Origin: an uncultured Gammaproteobacteria bacterium
Lineage (GTDB): Bacteria; Patescibacteriota; Microgenomatia; Levybacterales; UBA12049
Length of the DNA: 64,000 nucleotides
Assembly: GCA_964553245.1 (NCBI GenBank)
Contig: CAZKJM010000001.1
Location: 447,555 to 511,554 of the forward strand
Reading direction: 5' to 3'
Shown here: piece by piece, positions 35,800-45,488 of the stretch
Layout: every line of letters begins with the position of its first letter
Numbering within the stretch: the first letter of the stretch is position 1
Notes under the pieces: model-generated
Databases searched by the model: none
What the model was told of the DNA's origin: nothing
What the model saw: only the letters and a program-made list of their open reading frames with translations
Made by a program: the position numbers and the translations under genes

Positions 35800-37068
35800 A
35801 TGAAAATCTCCAATATAATGCAAAAATGTATAGCTTCAGTAACGGAAGATACTCCATTAAAAGAGGTTGGTAGGCACATTTTTAGTTTTGGAATAAGTGC
35901 AGTCCCTGTTGTTAGGGACGGAAAACTCGTTGGAATTGTCACAGAGTCAGATATGCTTAGAAAAATGTATCCTTCTATGGAAGAGTTAGCAGAAGACTAT
36001 ATTCATCTTCGGGATTTTGAGCAAATGGAAAGAAATCTCAAAAGTATTTTGGATAGTCCGGTTTCCGAGGTTATGAATAAGAGAGTAAAAACAATATCTC
36101 CAGATACTCCAATAATGAACGCGCAATCGACAATGCTTGTAAATGAGTTTAGTCATTTACCAGTTGTTGATAATGACGGTAAGTTAGTTGGAATAGTATC
36201 TCAAGGGGATATTTTTAGAAGATTAATAAAAGATGAAATCCCAAAGCTTGAAAGAGAAAAGTACGCTGATTTTATTTCTCAGTTTTATGATTCAATGGTA
36301 GATTGGGAAAAAAGATTTAAAGATGAGTTTCCTGCACTTATAAATCTTTTTGAGAAAGAAAAAGTGAAAAATATTATTGATTTAGGATCATGGACAGGAG
36401 AATACACATTAGGATTGTTAAAAAAAGGAAAATATAATATTCTGGGGCTTGATCATAATCCGGAAATGATAAGCCTTGCAAATAAAAAAAGAGAAGAATT
36501 GTCAGAAAATTTAAAACACAGAATTGATTTTACCTTAACAGATTATAAAAATATAACAAAAGAAGTAAAAGAAAAATTCGATGTTGCGTTAAGCGTTGGA
36601 AATGCGTTGCCTTATTTTCCGATTGAACCACAAGAGCTTTTTAAGAATACTGCAAAAGTTTTAAAAAGTAAAAATGCTCTTTTTGTTTTGCACACAATAA
36701 ATTTTGATAAAATATTGGAGTCAAGAGGAAGACTTTTAAATTTTAAAATAGAAGAAGAAGGTTGTAACGAAACAAAGGAAAGATTGGTAATAGAATTCTT
36801 TGAAAGAAAAGGTGAAAGAGATTTAAAACAACATTTGATCGTTTTTAACAATGACGGGAAAAATTGGTTATTTAGAGGATTGACATCTATAGATATTCAT
36901 TACTTTAATAAGGAAGACATCGAAAAAGCTTTTAAAAAAGCTGGTTTTAAAAAAATAAATTTTTATGGTTCGAAGGGAGAATACAAGTGGGATTTTGGTA
37001 AATTAAACTTTGACGAAAAGTTTGATTCAGATGAAAGCGATTGGTTAATAGCGGTTGCAAAAAAATAA
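35800..37068 (+). CDS. CBS-pair domain protein fused to a class I SAM-dependent methyltransferase
   Basis: Two CBS repeats (…PVVRDGKLVGIVTESDML…, …PVVDNDGKLVGIVSQGDIF…) followed by MTase motif I (IIDLGSWTGEYT). Confidence 0.6.
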   Translation: MKISNIMQKCIASVTEDTPLKEVGRHIFSFGISAVPVVRDGKLVGIVTESDMLRKMYPSMEELAEDYIHLRDFEQMERNLKSILDSPVSEVMNKRVKTISPDTPIMNAQSTMLVNEFSHLPVVDNDGKLVGIVSQGDIFRRLIKDEIPKLEREKYADFISQFYDSMVDWEKRFKDEFPALINLFEKEKVKNIIDLGSWTGEYTLGLLKKGKYNILGLDHNPEMISLANKKREELSENLKHRIDFTLTDYKNITKEVKEKFDVALSVGNALPYFPIEPQELFKNTAKVLKSKNALFVLHTINFDKILESRGRLLNFKIEEEGCNETKERLVIEFFERKGERDLKQHLIVFNNDGKNWLFRGLTSIDIHYFNKEDIEKAFKKAGFKKINFYGSKGEYKWDFGKLNFDEKFDSDESDWLIAVAKK

Positions 37069-37636
37069 AATGTTTAAAAAAGCAATATTAATATTTTTAT
37101 CTATTTTTTTATTTTTTATTTTATTTACTTCAGATATCTTCGCAGAAGAAATAATTAAAGAAGAAAGTTCTCCTTCTGCCAAAAAACAAATAATTGACTA
37201 CAACCTTCCTTATCCTGGAATCTTGCCGGATAACCCTTTCTATATAGTTAAAACAGTAAGGGACGGAATAATTCGTTTTTTTATTTCTGATCCTCTTAAA
37301 AAAGCAGAATTTGATTTACTTCAGGCGGATAAAAGATTAAACGCAGGTTACTATTTATTTGTTAAGGGTGATAAGAGTAGGAAATTAGCAATTAGTACAA
37401 TTTCCAAAGGAGAAAATTACTTTTTTAATGCAATAGAAGGTGCAATAAAAGCAGAAAAACAAGGCGTAGAAACCGATGTATTTTGGGAAAAGCTTTTAAC
37501 TTCCTCAAAAAAACACAAAGAAATCTTAGAAGATTTAAAATTAAAATCTTCTAAAGATCTTATTTCGAACATAGAGACTGAACTGAAGAGAGTGAATGAC
37601 TTTAGCAAAAAGGTAGAAAAAATTAAGCTTAAATAA
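37055..37636 (+). CDS. Hypothetical secreted protein (signal/TM anchor plus helical domain)
   Basis: N-terminal hydrophobic segment ILIFLSIFLFFILFTSDIFA. No known motif. Confidence 0.4.
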   Translation: MQKNKMFKKAILIFLSIFLFFILFTSDIFAEEIIKEESSPSAKKQIIDYNLPYPGILPDNPFYIVKTVRDGIIRFFISDPLKKAEFDLLQADKRLNAGYYLFVKGDKSRKLAISTISKGENYFFNAIEGAIKAEKQGVETDVFWEKLLTSSKKHKEILEDLKLKSSKDLISNIETELKRVNDFSKKVEKIKLK

Positions 37637-37794
37637 AGAGGATTTATTAACTAAAAGTACACTTTTTTTACTCTTAAGCGCAAGGCATATTTTTAATAAA
37701 TATGTCTTTTTTGTTCATTTTTTTGCTCGGTAGAATTTCAGTTAAAAATCAAGGCTAAAAAACAGGTTGACGTTTTTTGATATATTTATTAATA

Positions 37795-37847
37795 GTTGAC
37801 ATGTCAGATCTAGGGTTTTATGATTTTTTTGGCACTAGATATAGTGA
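37795..37847 (+). promoter_or_regulatory. Promoter TTGACA-17-TATGAT with an NrdR-box-like palindrome (GCACTAGATATAGTGA) upstream of nrdR-nrdJ
   Basis: ttgacatgtcagatctagggttttatgat is followed by the palindrome cacta-gata-tagtg at 37832-37847. This matches the NrdR box consensus acaCwAtATaTwGtgt at most positions. Confidence 0.5.
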
Positions 37848-37853
37848 TTTTTT

Positions 37854-38303
37854 ATGAAATGTCCATATTGTGGGAGCAGAGACACGGAAGTAGTTGAAAC
37901 AAGAGTCAGTGAAGATTTAGACACAATTAGAAGAAGAAGAGCTTGTACAAACTGCGAAAAAAGATTTACGACTTACGAAAGAGTAGAAAATATAAATTTA
38001 GTAGTCATTAAAAAAGATGGGAAAAGAGAACAGTTTAATAGAGATAAATTAAAAAATGGAATAATAAGATCCTGCGAAAAAACAAAAATATCGGTTGCGG
38101 ACATAGAACAAATTGTAACAGAAATAGAAAGAGAGCTAAGAGGAGCAGATTCAGTAGAAGTGGAAAGTAAAAAAATTGGACAGATGGTGGCAGTAAGGTT
38201 AAAAAAATTGGACAAAGTTGCGTACATAAGGTTTTCGAGCGTATTTAGAAGATTCGTGGACGTAGAAGACTTTGAAAAGGAAGTCAAAAAATTAATTAAA
38301 TAA
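37854..38303 (+). CDS. nrdR: Transcriptional repressor NrdR
   Basis: MKCPYCGSRDTEVVETR zinc ribbon followed by the ATP-cone. Confidence 0.85.
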   Translation: MKCPYCGSRDTEVVETRVSEDLDTIRRRRACTNCEKRFTTYERVENINLVVIKKDGKREQFNRDKLKNGIIRSCEKTKISVADIEQIVTEIERELRGADSVEVESKKIGQMVAVRLKKLDKVAYIRFSSVFRRFVDVEDFEKEVKKLIK

Positions 38304-38306
38304 TTT

Positions 38307-40793
38307 ATGAAACTAGACGGAATTAGAGAAAAAGTATTTTTAGATAGATATGCCTTAAAAGACAAAAAAGGTAATCCTATCGAAAAGACCCCCGATGAAA
38401 TGTGGAGAAGGGTTGCGAAGGGTGTTTCACAAGCAGAAAAAAAATCAGAGCGTACAAAATGGGAGAAAAAATTCTATGAAGCAATGCAGGATTTTAAATT
38501 TGTTCCGGGTGGAAGAATTCTGGCAGGTGCAGGTACAGGCTATCAAGTAACATTCTATAATTGCTTTGTCCTCCCTAGCCCTAAAGATTCAAGAGACGGG
38601 ATTTTAGAAAATCTAAAACATATGACCGAGATTATGGCAAGAGGAGGAGGAGCGGGAATAAATCTTTCTTCTTTAAGACCAAGAGGAGCAAGGGTAAAAA
38701 AGGTAAATGGTTTTTCCTCCGGTCCGATTAATTGGGCAGAGCTTTATTCCATAACCACAAAAGACATAATTCAACAAGGAGGTTCAAGAAGAGGAGCATT
38801 AATGTTAATGCTTTGGGATTGGCATCCGGATATTGAAGAATTTATTACGGTAAAACAGGATCTTACTAAAATTAACGGCGCTAATTTATCCGTTTGTGTT
38901 TCCGATAAATTTATGGAGGCAGTTAAAAAAGATGAAGATTGGGATTTAGTTTTTCCGGATATTGACGACAAAGATTACGATGAAAAATGGGACGGAAACT
39001 TGGAAACTTGGAAATCTCTAAAGAAAAAAGTAAAAGTTTTTAAAACAATAAAAGCAAGACATCTTTGGGATTTAATTTGTGAAGCTGCATGGAGATCTGC
39101 AGAGCCGGGAATCGTTTTTATGGAAAGATATAATAAATGGTATAACAACTGGTATTGGAATAAAGTTAATTGTACAAATCCTTGCGGCGAAGAAGGATTG
39201 CCCGCTTGGGGAGTTTGTAATTTAAGCTCTTTAAATCTCTCAGCCTTTGTAAAAGGATATTCTGTAGATAAAGCAGGAGAGATGGACTATAAATCATTAG
39301 CGGAATACGCAAAAATTGGCGTTAGACTGCAGGACGATGTTATAGATATGGATTCCTACGCTTTTCCTCAAATCAGACAAGTTCAGGTAAATGGAGAAAG
39401 AAGAATTGGGCTTGGCACAATGGGGCTTGGAGACGCTTTAATAAAAATGCATCTTCGCTATGGAACAGAAGAATCCTTAAAAGTCATCGAGAAAATTTTT
39501 AAAACAATAAGGGACGCTGCTTATGAGGTGTCATCTGAGCTTGCAAAAGAAAAAGGTGTATTTCCTAAGTTTAACAGTCAAAAATATACAAAGGGCTATT
39601 TTATTAAAAAGTTACCAAAAGAATTAAGAACAAAAATTAAGAAACAGGGTATTAGGAATTCTCTTTTGCTTCAAGCGGCGCCAACTGGATCAACCAGTCT
39701 TTTATCGGGAGTATCATCGGGAATAGAGCCGATTTATGAATTTGAATTTATTAGAAAAGACAGGCTTGGAGAGCACAAAATTTATCACCATCTGTATGAA
39801 GAATGGAAAAATGCCCATCCGGATTTATCGGAAAGCGAAAAGCCTGAATACTTTGTTTCTGCAAACGATCTTACTCCCGCAGATCATGTAAAAGTTCAAG
39901 GAACAATCCAAAAATATGTAGATGCTTCCATTTCCAAAACAGTTAACGCTCCAAGGACACATACAGTTAATGATGTAAAAAATCTTTATATGATGGCTTA
40001 TGAAGAAGGTTGTAAGGGAATTGCTTATATGAGGGAAGGATCAAGAGAAGGAGTTTTGGTTAGAAAAGAGGATAAAAAAGAAGAATTAGCTAATTTACAA
40101 GCCGGCGGAGAAAGAACTGCGCCAAAAAATACAATTACACCAAGACCGTATATGGTAGAAGGAGTGACTTATAAAACAGAAACCCCTGTTGGGCAAACGT
40201 ATATAACCATAAATCATGATGAGTGTAAGGAGCCGTTTGAGATATTTATAACCGTTGGAAAATCCGGTTCAGACGTTGCTGCAATGGCGGATGGATTAGG
40301 AAGAATGATTTCTTTATTTCTAAGACTTAACGGACATCTTTCTTCAAGAGAAAGAGTAAAGCAGGTTATAGCGCAATTAATCGGAATCGGTGGTGCAAAA
40401 AGCGTTGGCTTTGGAGATAAAAGAGTAAGATCATTGCCGGATGCGGTTGCCAAAGTTTTAGCAAGGCACTTTTCTTTTAGAGTTAACGGTGTAGTTGAAG
40501 ATAAGCCTCGTACTTTGCATGCAAACGGAGCTTCTAATCAAAATGGTCATAAAAATGGATTAATGAATGGGCACACTTTACCAGTAAATAATATTGCTTC
40601 TTCGGAAAAACAGGATGATCAGCCAATTGTAGTTATGAAACAACTTACTTTGGAAACGCAAGAGGGTAATCTTTCATCCTCGGAAGGTGTCTCCACAGGG
40701 CTTTTTGATATTTGTCCGGATTGTGGAAGTGGAAGCTTAGCTTACGAAGAAGGCTGTAGAAAATGCTACAGTTGTGGATATTCAGAGTGTTAA
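38307..40793 (+). CDS. nrdJ: Class II (adenosylcobalamin-dependent) ribonucleotide reductase NrdJ
   Basis: Active-site CTNPCGEEGL and a C-terminal zinc ribbon (CPDCGSGSLAYEEGCRKCYSCGYSEC). A single long chain lies immediately after nrdR. Confidence 0.85.
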   Translation: MKLDGIREKVFLDRYALKDKKGNPIEKTPDEMWRRVAKGVSQAEKKSERTKWEKKFYEAMQDFKFVPGGRILAGAGTGYQVTFYNCFVLPSPKDSRDGILENLKHMTEIMARGGGAGINLSSLRPRGARVKKVNGFSSGPINWAELYSITTKDIIQQGGSRRGALMLMLWDWHPDIEEFITVKQDLTKINGANLSVCVSDKFMEAVKKDEDWDLVFPDIDDKDYDEKWDGNLETWKSLKKKVKVFKTIKARHLWDLICEAAWRSAEPGIVFMERYNKWYNNWYWNKVNCTNPCGEEGLPAWGVCNLSSLNLSAFVKGYSVDKAGEMDYKSLAEYAKIGVRLQDDVIDMDSYAFPQIRQVQVNGERRIGLGTMGLGDALIKMHLRYGTEESLKVIEKIFKTIRDAAYEVSSELAKEKGVFPKFNSQKYTKGYFIKKLPKELRTKIKKQGIRNSLLLQAAPTGSTSLLSGVSSGIEPIYEFEFIRKDRLGEHKIYHHLYEEWKNAHPDLSESEKPEYFVSANDLTPADHVKVQGTIQKYVDASISKTVNAPRTHTVNDVKNLYMMAYEEGCKGIAYMREGSREGVLVRKEDKKEELANLQAGGERTAPKNTITPRPYMVEGVTYKTETPVGQTYITINHDECKEPFEIFITVGKSGSDVAAMADGLGRMISLFLRLNGHLSSRERVKQVIAQLIGIGGAKSVGFGDKRVRSLPDAVAKVLARHFSFRVNGVVEDKPRTLHANGASNQNGHKNGLMNGHTLPVNNIASSEKQDDQPIVVMKQLTLETQEGNLSSSEGVSTGLFDICPDCGSGSLAYEEGCRKCYSCGYSEC

Positions 40794-40975
40794 CTAGTGC
40801 ATAGGTAATTGCCGTTAAATTCGGCAGCAGTGCCGCTACTGTAAATTCCGCGAAGCCTCTTGGGCAAAGTGGAATAAAGCCAGAAAACTATGTACGTTCG
40901 CCAAAAGGCGGATGTTTCCCGAGCAGGAATTTTTTTGTAAAAAACCTCCTCGGGATTACCTAGGGAGGATTTTTT
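40794..40975 (+). promoter_or_regulatory. Candidate cobalamin riboswitch / structured leader upstream of the PduO-type adenosyltransferase
   Basis: The 182-nt region is unusually GC-rich for this genome. It contains GCCGCTACTGTAA (compare the conserved gCcCccgCaACtGtaa element), AGCCAG (B12-box-like) and a GGAGG RBS within a possible sequestering hairpin. Confidence 0.35.
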
Positions 40976-41533
40976 ATGGTTAAACAGATTCACCGCGAGT
41001 TTAAAATATATACAAAAAGGGGGGACAAGGGTTTTACCTATCTTTTTAATGGCAAAAAAATTAAAAAAGACAATAATAGAGTGCAAGCTTATGGGAATAT
41101 TGATGAATTAAATTCAATAGTAGGAATTTTAATTGCCTTTTTAAGAGATAAGCAACTAAAAAAAGAGTTGATCTGTGTTCAAAAAGATTTGTTTTTAGTA
41201 GGTGGGTATTTAGCAAAATCAATTGGTAGAGAAATAGAGATACTTAATAAAAGAACAAAAGAGATAGAACTGCTAATCGATAAATTATCGGTAAAACTTC
41301 CCAAAATTACTTCTTTTATATTACCAGGGGGTACAATAGAGGCTTCGTTTATGCATTTTGCAAGAACTGTTTGTAGAAGATCGGAAAGAAGTGTCGTTTT
41401 ATTGTCCAAAAAAGAAACCGTAGAAAAAACAGTGATTGTTTATTTGAATAGGCTTTCAGACGCCCTTTTTATAATGGCTAGATTTATAAATTTTAAAGAA
41501 GGGAAAAAAGAGGAGGTCTGGAAAACAAAATGA
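40976..41533 (+). CDS. PduO-type ATP:cob(I)alamin adenosyltransferase
   Basis: N-terminal IYTKRGDKGFTYLFNGKKIKKDNNRVQAYGNIDELNSIVG closely matches the PduO/MMAB signature (YTKTGDKG…EAYG..DELNS). Confidence 0.85.
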   Translation: MVKQIHREFKIYTKRGDKGFTYLFNGKKIKKDNNRVQAYGNIDELNSIVGILIAFLRDKQLKKELICVQKDLFLVGGYLAKSIGREIEILNKRTKEIELLIDKLSVKLPKITSFILPGGTIEASFMHFARTVCRRSERSVVLLSKKETVEKTVIVYLNRLSDALFIMARFINFKEGKKEEVWKTK

Positions 41534-42600
41534 AAGAAAAAATTGCCGGATCAATTGCGTTTAGATTAGAATATCAGCCACAAGTATTGGAAAAGGAAAT
41601 AAGAGAAGACGTAATTTCTTATCTTTGGGAATACCGTTTTAGTGGTCAAAAATATGATTATTCCCTTTCTTTTACAGACGGAAAAATAACAGATATCCAT
41701 AGGGGGGAATCGATGGTGGTTAAGGGAGAAAGAGCAGTTGAGGACAGGAAAATCCGAGGATTATCCACAACAAGAGAAGAAGCGGAATTGGTTGGCATTA
41801 AAAGATTAGAAGACCAACTTAGTTTATTAAAAAACGAGGGAACAATCATTTGGGCAAGTCCTCCTGGATCAACGGAAGATGGATATGGTGATTATGGATT
41901 TTTATATGTCGGTAAAGTTAGATCGGATGATTCTAGTAATAAAGAAATAACAATGACTGCTATAAGAGTGGAGAGTCCGACTGTAAAAGGTTTTAATGAA
42001 GTTTTTTCCGATTTATTAAAGGATAAAGTAGAGGCAAAAAATCCAGAAGATTTTATTTCTGCGCCGCTTGTTTTAGAAAGACAAATGGATATTGGTCATA
42101 TTGAAGAAATTTTGCATAAGGTTTTTTTATACGAAGAAAAGACAAAAGAAAAAGAATTATTTAAAAGAGTTTTAAAAAGACTGAATCCATTAATTACTGA
42201 TTTTACAAATTTTTATGGAAAGGCAAGTCCTGAGGAAAGACAAAAAGCGTTATATGCATTAGAGAATTATGCACTTATTTTAAAGGCTGAAGAAAATGTT
42301 TTGGATAAAGAAAATGTAATTTATGTAAGTCAAAAACAAGAGCAAAGCCTGGTAGCAATTATGCCTGTCTTGGGTTACGAACCGCCGAAGGTTCTTGGCA
42401 GTTGTGGAAGTACCAAAACAGAGAGCAATAATATCTTTGGACCAAAAACTATTTTAAATTCACTTTTAGAAGATGATAATTACGGATCAAGAGCGTTTAA
42501 GTGTCCAAGGTGCGGACAAGTTAATATTAGACCAAAAAATGAGCTTGTAAGTCATTGTCAGTATTGTGGAAGCAATGAGGTAAGTTGTTCTAATTCATAG
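41530..42600 (+). CDS. Hypothetical protein with a C-terminal zinc-ribbon (CPRCGQ…CQYCGS)
   Basis: 356-aa ORF with a 4-nt overlap to the upstream gene. No known domain apart from the terminal Cys4 pair. Confidence 0.45.
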   Translation: MKEKIAGSIAFRLEYQPQVLEKEIREDVISYLWEYRFSGQKYDYSLSFTDGKITDIHRGESMVVKGERAVEDRKIRGLSTTREEAELVGIKRLEDQLSLLKNEGTIIWASPPGSTEDGYGDYGFLYVGKVRSDDSSNKEITMTAIRVESPTVKGFNEVFSDLLKDKVEAKNPEDFISAPLVLERQMDIGHIEEILHKVFLYEEKTKEKELFKRVLKRLNPLITDFTNFYGKASPEERQKALYALENYALILKAEENVLDKENVIYVSQKQEQSLVAIMPVLGYEPPKVLGSCGSTKTESNNIFGPKTILNSLLEDDNYGSRAFKCPRCGQVNIRPKNELVSHCQYCGSNEVSCSNS

Positions 42601-42639
42601 GTTTGTTTAACCTCTTTTTTAATGCTATTATGATTATGT

Positions 42640-43053
42640 ATGGATGATGTTCAACGAAATTCCCAAAATTCGCAAGCTAGCAGCCATATGCAGCCGTTTA
42701 GTTCAATGCATAAAGAGCAAGCGCCGATTTCGGAAATCGGAAATGTCAGCGATTTTTTATCTCACGCGGAAAAGGGGCCTGAATTAGATGATGACCTAAA
42801 GAGAGCTGGAGTGGAAAAAGCCGGCGAGAGATTTGAATTATCAAAGGAGCATAATGATTTTGGAATAGAAGACGCAAAAGAATCAATTAAGCCGCATTTG
42901 GAACCAAAAGGAACAGTAAAAATATTAACTAACGATGAAGCAACGCAAATAGATAAAAAAGATAAAAATACAGAAGATTCAATAAAATGGCTAGCTAGAC
43001 TACGTTTAAAAATTCAAAAAGTGTGGCAAAATATAAGAGGAAATAAAATTTAA
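42640..43053 (+). CDS. Hypothetical acidic protein (137 aa)
   Basis: ORF ending 5 nt before the T4CP-like gene. Low complexity and charged. Confidence 0.35.
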   Translation: MDDVQRNSQNSQASSHMQPFSSMHKEQAPISEIGNVSDFLSHAEKGPELDDDLKRAGVEKAGERFELSKEHNDFGIEDAKESIKPHLEPKGTVKILTNDEATQIDKKDKNTEDSIKWLARLRLKIQKVWQNIRGNKI

Positions 43054-43057
43054 ATTT

Positions 43058-45427
43058 ATGATAGAAGCTCTCACCATGGAAAATTTAGTTCCATCATTAA
43101 TATTATTTGGAGCTTATGCTTTAGCAATAACGGTTTTAGTATTTTTCATAGCGTTTGTAGCCTACTCGTTGTTTATTTTATATAAAAACAGAAATAGGGA
43201 AAAAGATGCGCTTAATTCAACGCTTCTTCAGGTTTCACTAACCAGAGATAATGAGGTTAAAATTGATGCTGCAGAACAGCTTTTTGCATCTTTAGCATCG
43301 GTCAGAAAAGGAGGAAAATTAAGTTTTTTAAAACCTCAACCCCATTTTTCTTTTGAGATTGTCGGAATACCCGGGGACATCAGTTTTTATATTTATACCC
43401 CGAATAAACTAAAGGATTTAATCGAGAAGCAAATAAATGGTGCTTATCCAGAAGCGGAAATAAAAGTTGTTGATGAAAAAACGCAAAAAGAGGGATATGT
43501 AATCGGTAATGAATATAATATTTTCTCCAAAGAAGGAAAAGTTGCCTTTACTTCCCTTAAGCTTAAAACTTCAAATTATTATCCAATAAAAGTTTTTAAA
43601 GATTTACCTGTTGATCCTTTGTCTTCTATTACATCAGTCTTGGCAAAAATGACCGAAGGAGAAGGAGCTGCAATTCAAGTTTTATTTAGTCCGGTAGATG
43701 GAAAATGGAAAAAAATGGGAAGGGGATATATTTCCCGAACTAAAAAAGGAGAGGCAAATCCGGAAACGGCTAAATATTCGGCAGACTCTAAAGAGCTGGA
43801 AGCAGTAGAAAACAAAATATCAAAAACGGGTTTTGATACGGTTATAAGAATTGTAGTTTCCTCAAGCACAAAAGAAGCTGCAAGTGCTCATCTTAGCAAT
43901 ATTATAACCAGCTTTGGCCAGTTTAACGGAATAAACTCTTTTACTAAAAATAAACATAGGCTTAAAGGTTTGTTTATGAATGATTTTATTTACCGTTTTA
44001 TGCCAATGTATGGTCAGACTTCGGTGTTGTCGAATGAAGAACTGGCAACGGTTTTCCATTTTCCGAACAAATCGGTAACAACGCCTCATATTCATTGGCT
44101 AAATTCCAAAAGGGCACCAGCTCCTGCACAAATACCTGATAACGGTCTTTTTTTGGGAAGAAGTACTTATAGAGGCTTGTCAAAGCCGGTTTACATGCAA
44201 AGAGACGATAGAAGACGCCATATGTACGTTATTGGAAAAACCGGTGTTGGAAAATCCGAGTTTTTAAAAGATATGATTTTGCAGGATATTAGAAATGGAG
44301 AAGGGGTTTGTTTTATAGATCCTCACGATACAATTGATAAATTACTTCCTCTGATTCCGCCGGAGCGTGCAGAAGACGTAATCCTTTTTGAGCCTTCGGA
44401 TACAGATAGACCAATGGGGCTAAATATGTTAGAAGCACAAACAGAAGACCAGAAACATTATGTTGTTTCGTCGATAATAGGCCTTATGTATAAACTTTAT
44501 GATCCAAATAAAACCGGAATTATCGGACCAAGGTTTGAGCACGCAATAAGAAATGCAATGCTAACAGTAATGTCAGAACCGGGAAATACTTTTGTAGAAG
44601 TAGTAAGGGCTTTAACAGATTCCAGTTTTGTAGAAGAATTATTGCCAAAAGTACAGGATCCAATGGTAAGAAGATATTGGACAGATCAAATTGCTCAAAC
44701 ATCGGATTTTCATAAATCAGAAGTTTTAGATTATATTGTTTCTAAGTTCAGTAGATTCGTAAGCAATAAAATGATGAGAAACATTATTGGTCAGTCTGAA
44801 TCTGCTTTTAATTTTAGAAAAGTAATGGATGAGGGTAAAATTCTTTTAATTTCTTTATCAAAAGGAAGAATTGGGGAAGAGAATTCAAGCTTTTTAGGAC
44901 TCGTTTTAGTGCCAAAGATTTTAGTTGCCGCAATGAGCAGGCAGGATATTCCGGAAGAAAAAAGAAGGGACTTTTATTTATACGTTGATGAGTTTCAAAA
45001 TTTTGCAACGCCTGATTTTGCCCAAATACTTTCAGAGGCAAGAAAATACAGGCTTAATTTAACGGTTGCTAACCAGTTTATCGGTCAAATGGACGAGGAG
45101 GTAAAAAACGCAATTTTTGGAAACGTTGGTTCTCTTGTTTCATTTAGAGTTGGTGTAACAGATGCTAATTATCTTCAACATGAATTCCAACCTGTATTTA
45201 CAGAAGCAGATCTTATTAATGTAGACAGGTTTAATGCTTATATAAAAACGGTTGTCGGTGGAGAACCTGTTTTGCCTTTTTCAATTGATCTAACTCGTGA
45301 TATGACAAAAGAAAAACAGACCGAAAATCCAAGAGTAGCAGAATTAATTCGTGAGCTTTCAAGATTAAAATATGGTCACGATGTTACCACCGTAGAGCAG
45401 CAAATTGCCCAAAGGGCAAGATTGTAA
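43058..45427 (+). CDS. Type IV coupling protein-like ATPase (VirD4/TraG/TraD family)
   Basis: N-terminal TM anchor, Walker A (YVIGKTGVGKSEF), Walker B (FYLYVDEFQNF) and the family-typical segment ARKYRLNLTVANQFIGQMDEE… Length is 789 aa. Confidence 0.6.
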   Translation: MIEALTMENLVPSLILFGAYALAITVLVFFIAFVAYSLFILYKNRNREKDALNSTLLQVSLTRDNEVKIDAAEQLFASLASVRKGGKLSFLKPQPHFSFEIVGIPGDISFYIYTPNKLKDLIEKQINGAYPEAEIKVVDEKTQKEGYVIGNEYNIFSKEGKVAFTSLKLKTSNYYPIKVFKDLPVDPLSSITSVLAKMTEGEGAAIQVLFSPVDGKWKKMGRGYISRTKKGEANPETAKYSADSKELEAVENKISKTGFDTVIRIVVSSSTKEAASAHLSNIITSFGQFNGINSFTKNKHRLKGLFMNDFIYRFMPMYGQTSVLSNEELATVFHFPNKSVTTPHIHWLNSKRAPAPAQIPDNGLFLGRSTYRGLSKPVYMQRDDRRRHMYVIGKTGVGKSEFLKDMILQDIRNGEGVCFIDPHDTIDKLLPLIPPERAEDVILFEPSDTDRPMGLNMLEAQTEDQKHYVVSSIIGLMYKLYDPNKTGIIGPRFEHAIRNAMLTVMSEPGNTFVEVVRALTDSSFVEELLPKVQDPMVRRYWTDQIAQTSDFHKSEVLDYIVSKFSRFVSNKMMRNIIGQSESAFNFRKVMDEGKILLISLSKGRIGEENSSFLGLVLVPKILVAAMSRQDIPEEKRRDFYLYVDEFQNFATPDFAQILSEARKYRLNLTVANQFIGQMDEEVKNAIFGNVGSLVSFRVGVTDANYLQHEFQPVFTEADLINVDRFNAYIKTVVGGEPVLPFSIDLTRDMTKEKQTENPRVAELIRELSRLKYGHDVTTVEQQIAQRARL

Positions 45428-45488
45428 TATACACCTGATAGGTTAAATTCTTTTGATACGTCTTGTTTTGTGCTAAAATTACTCGGAA

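Noticed and set aside
40790-41086. 98-aa - strand track ORF
   Set aside because: It lies antisense across the nrdJ-pduO spacer and the start of the well-supported PduO-type gene, and has no motif.
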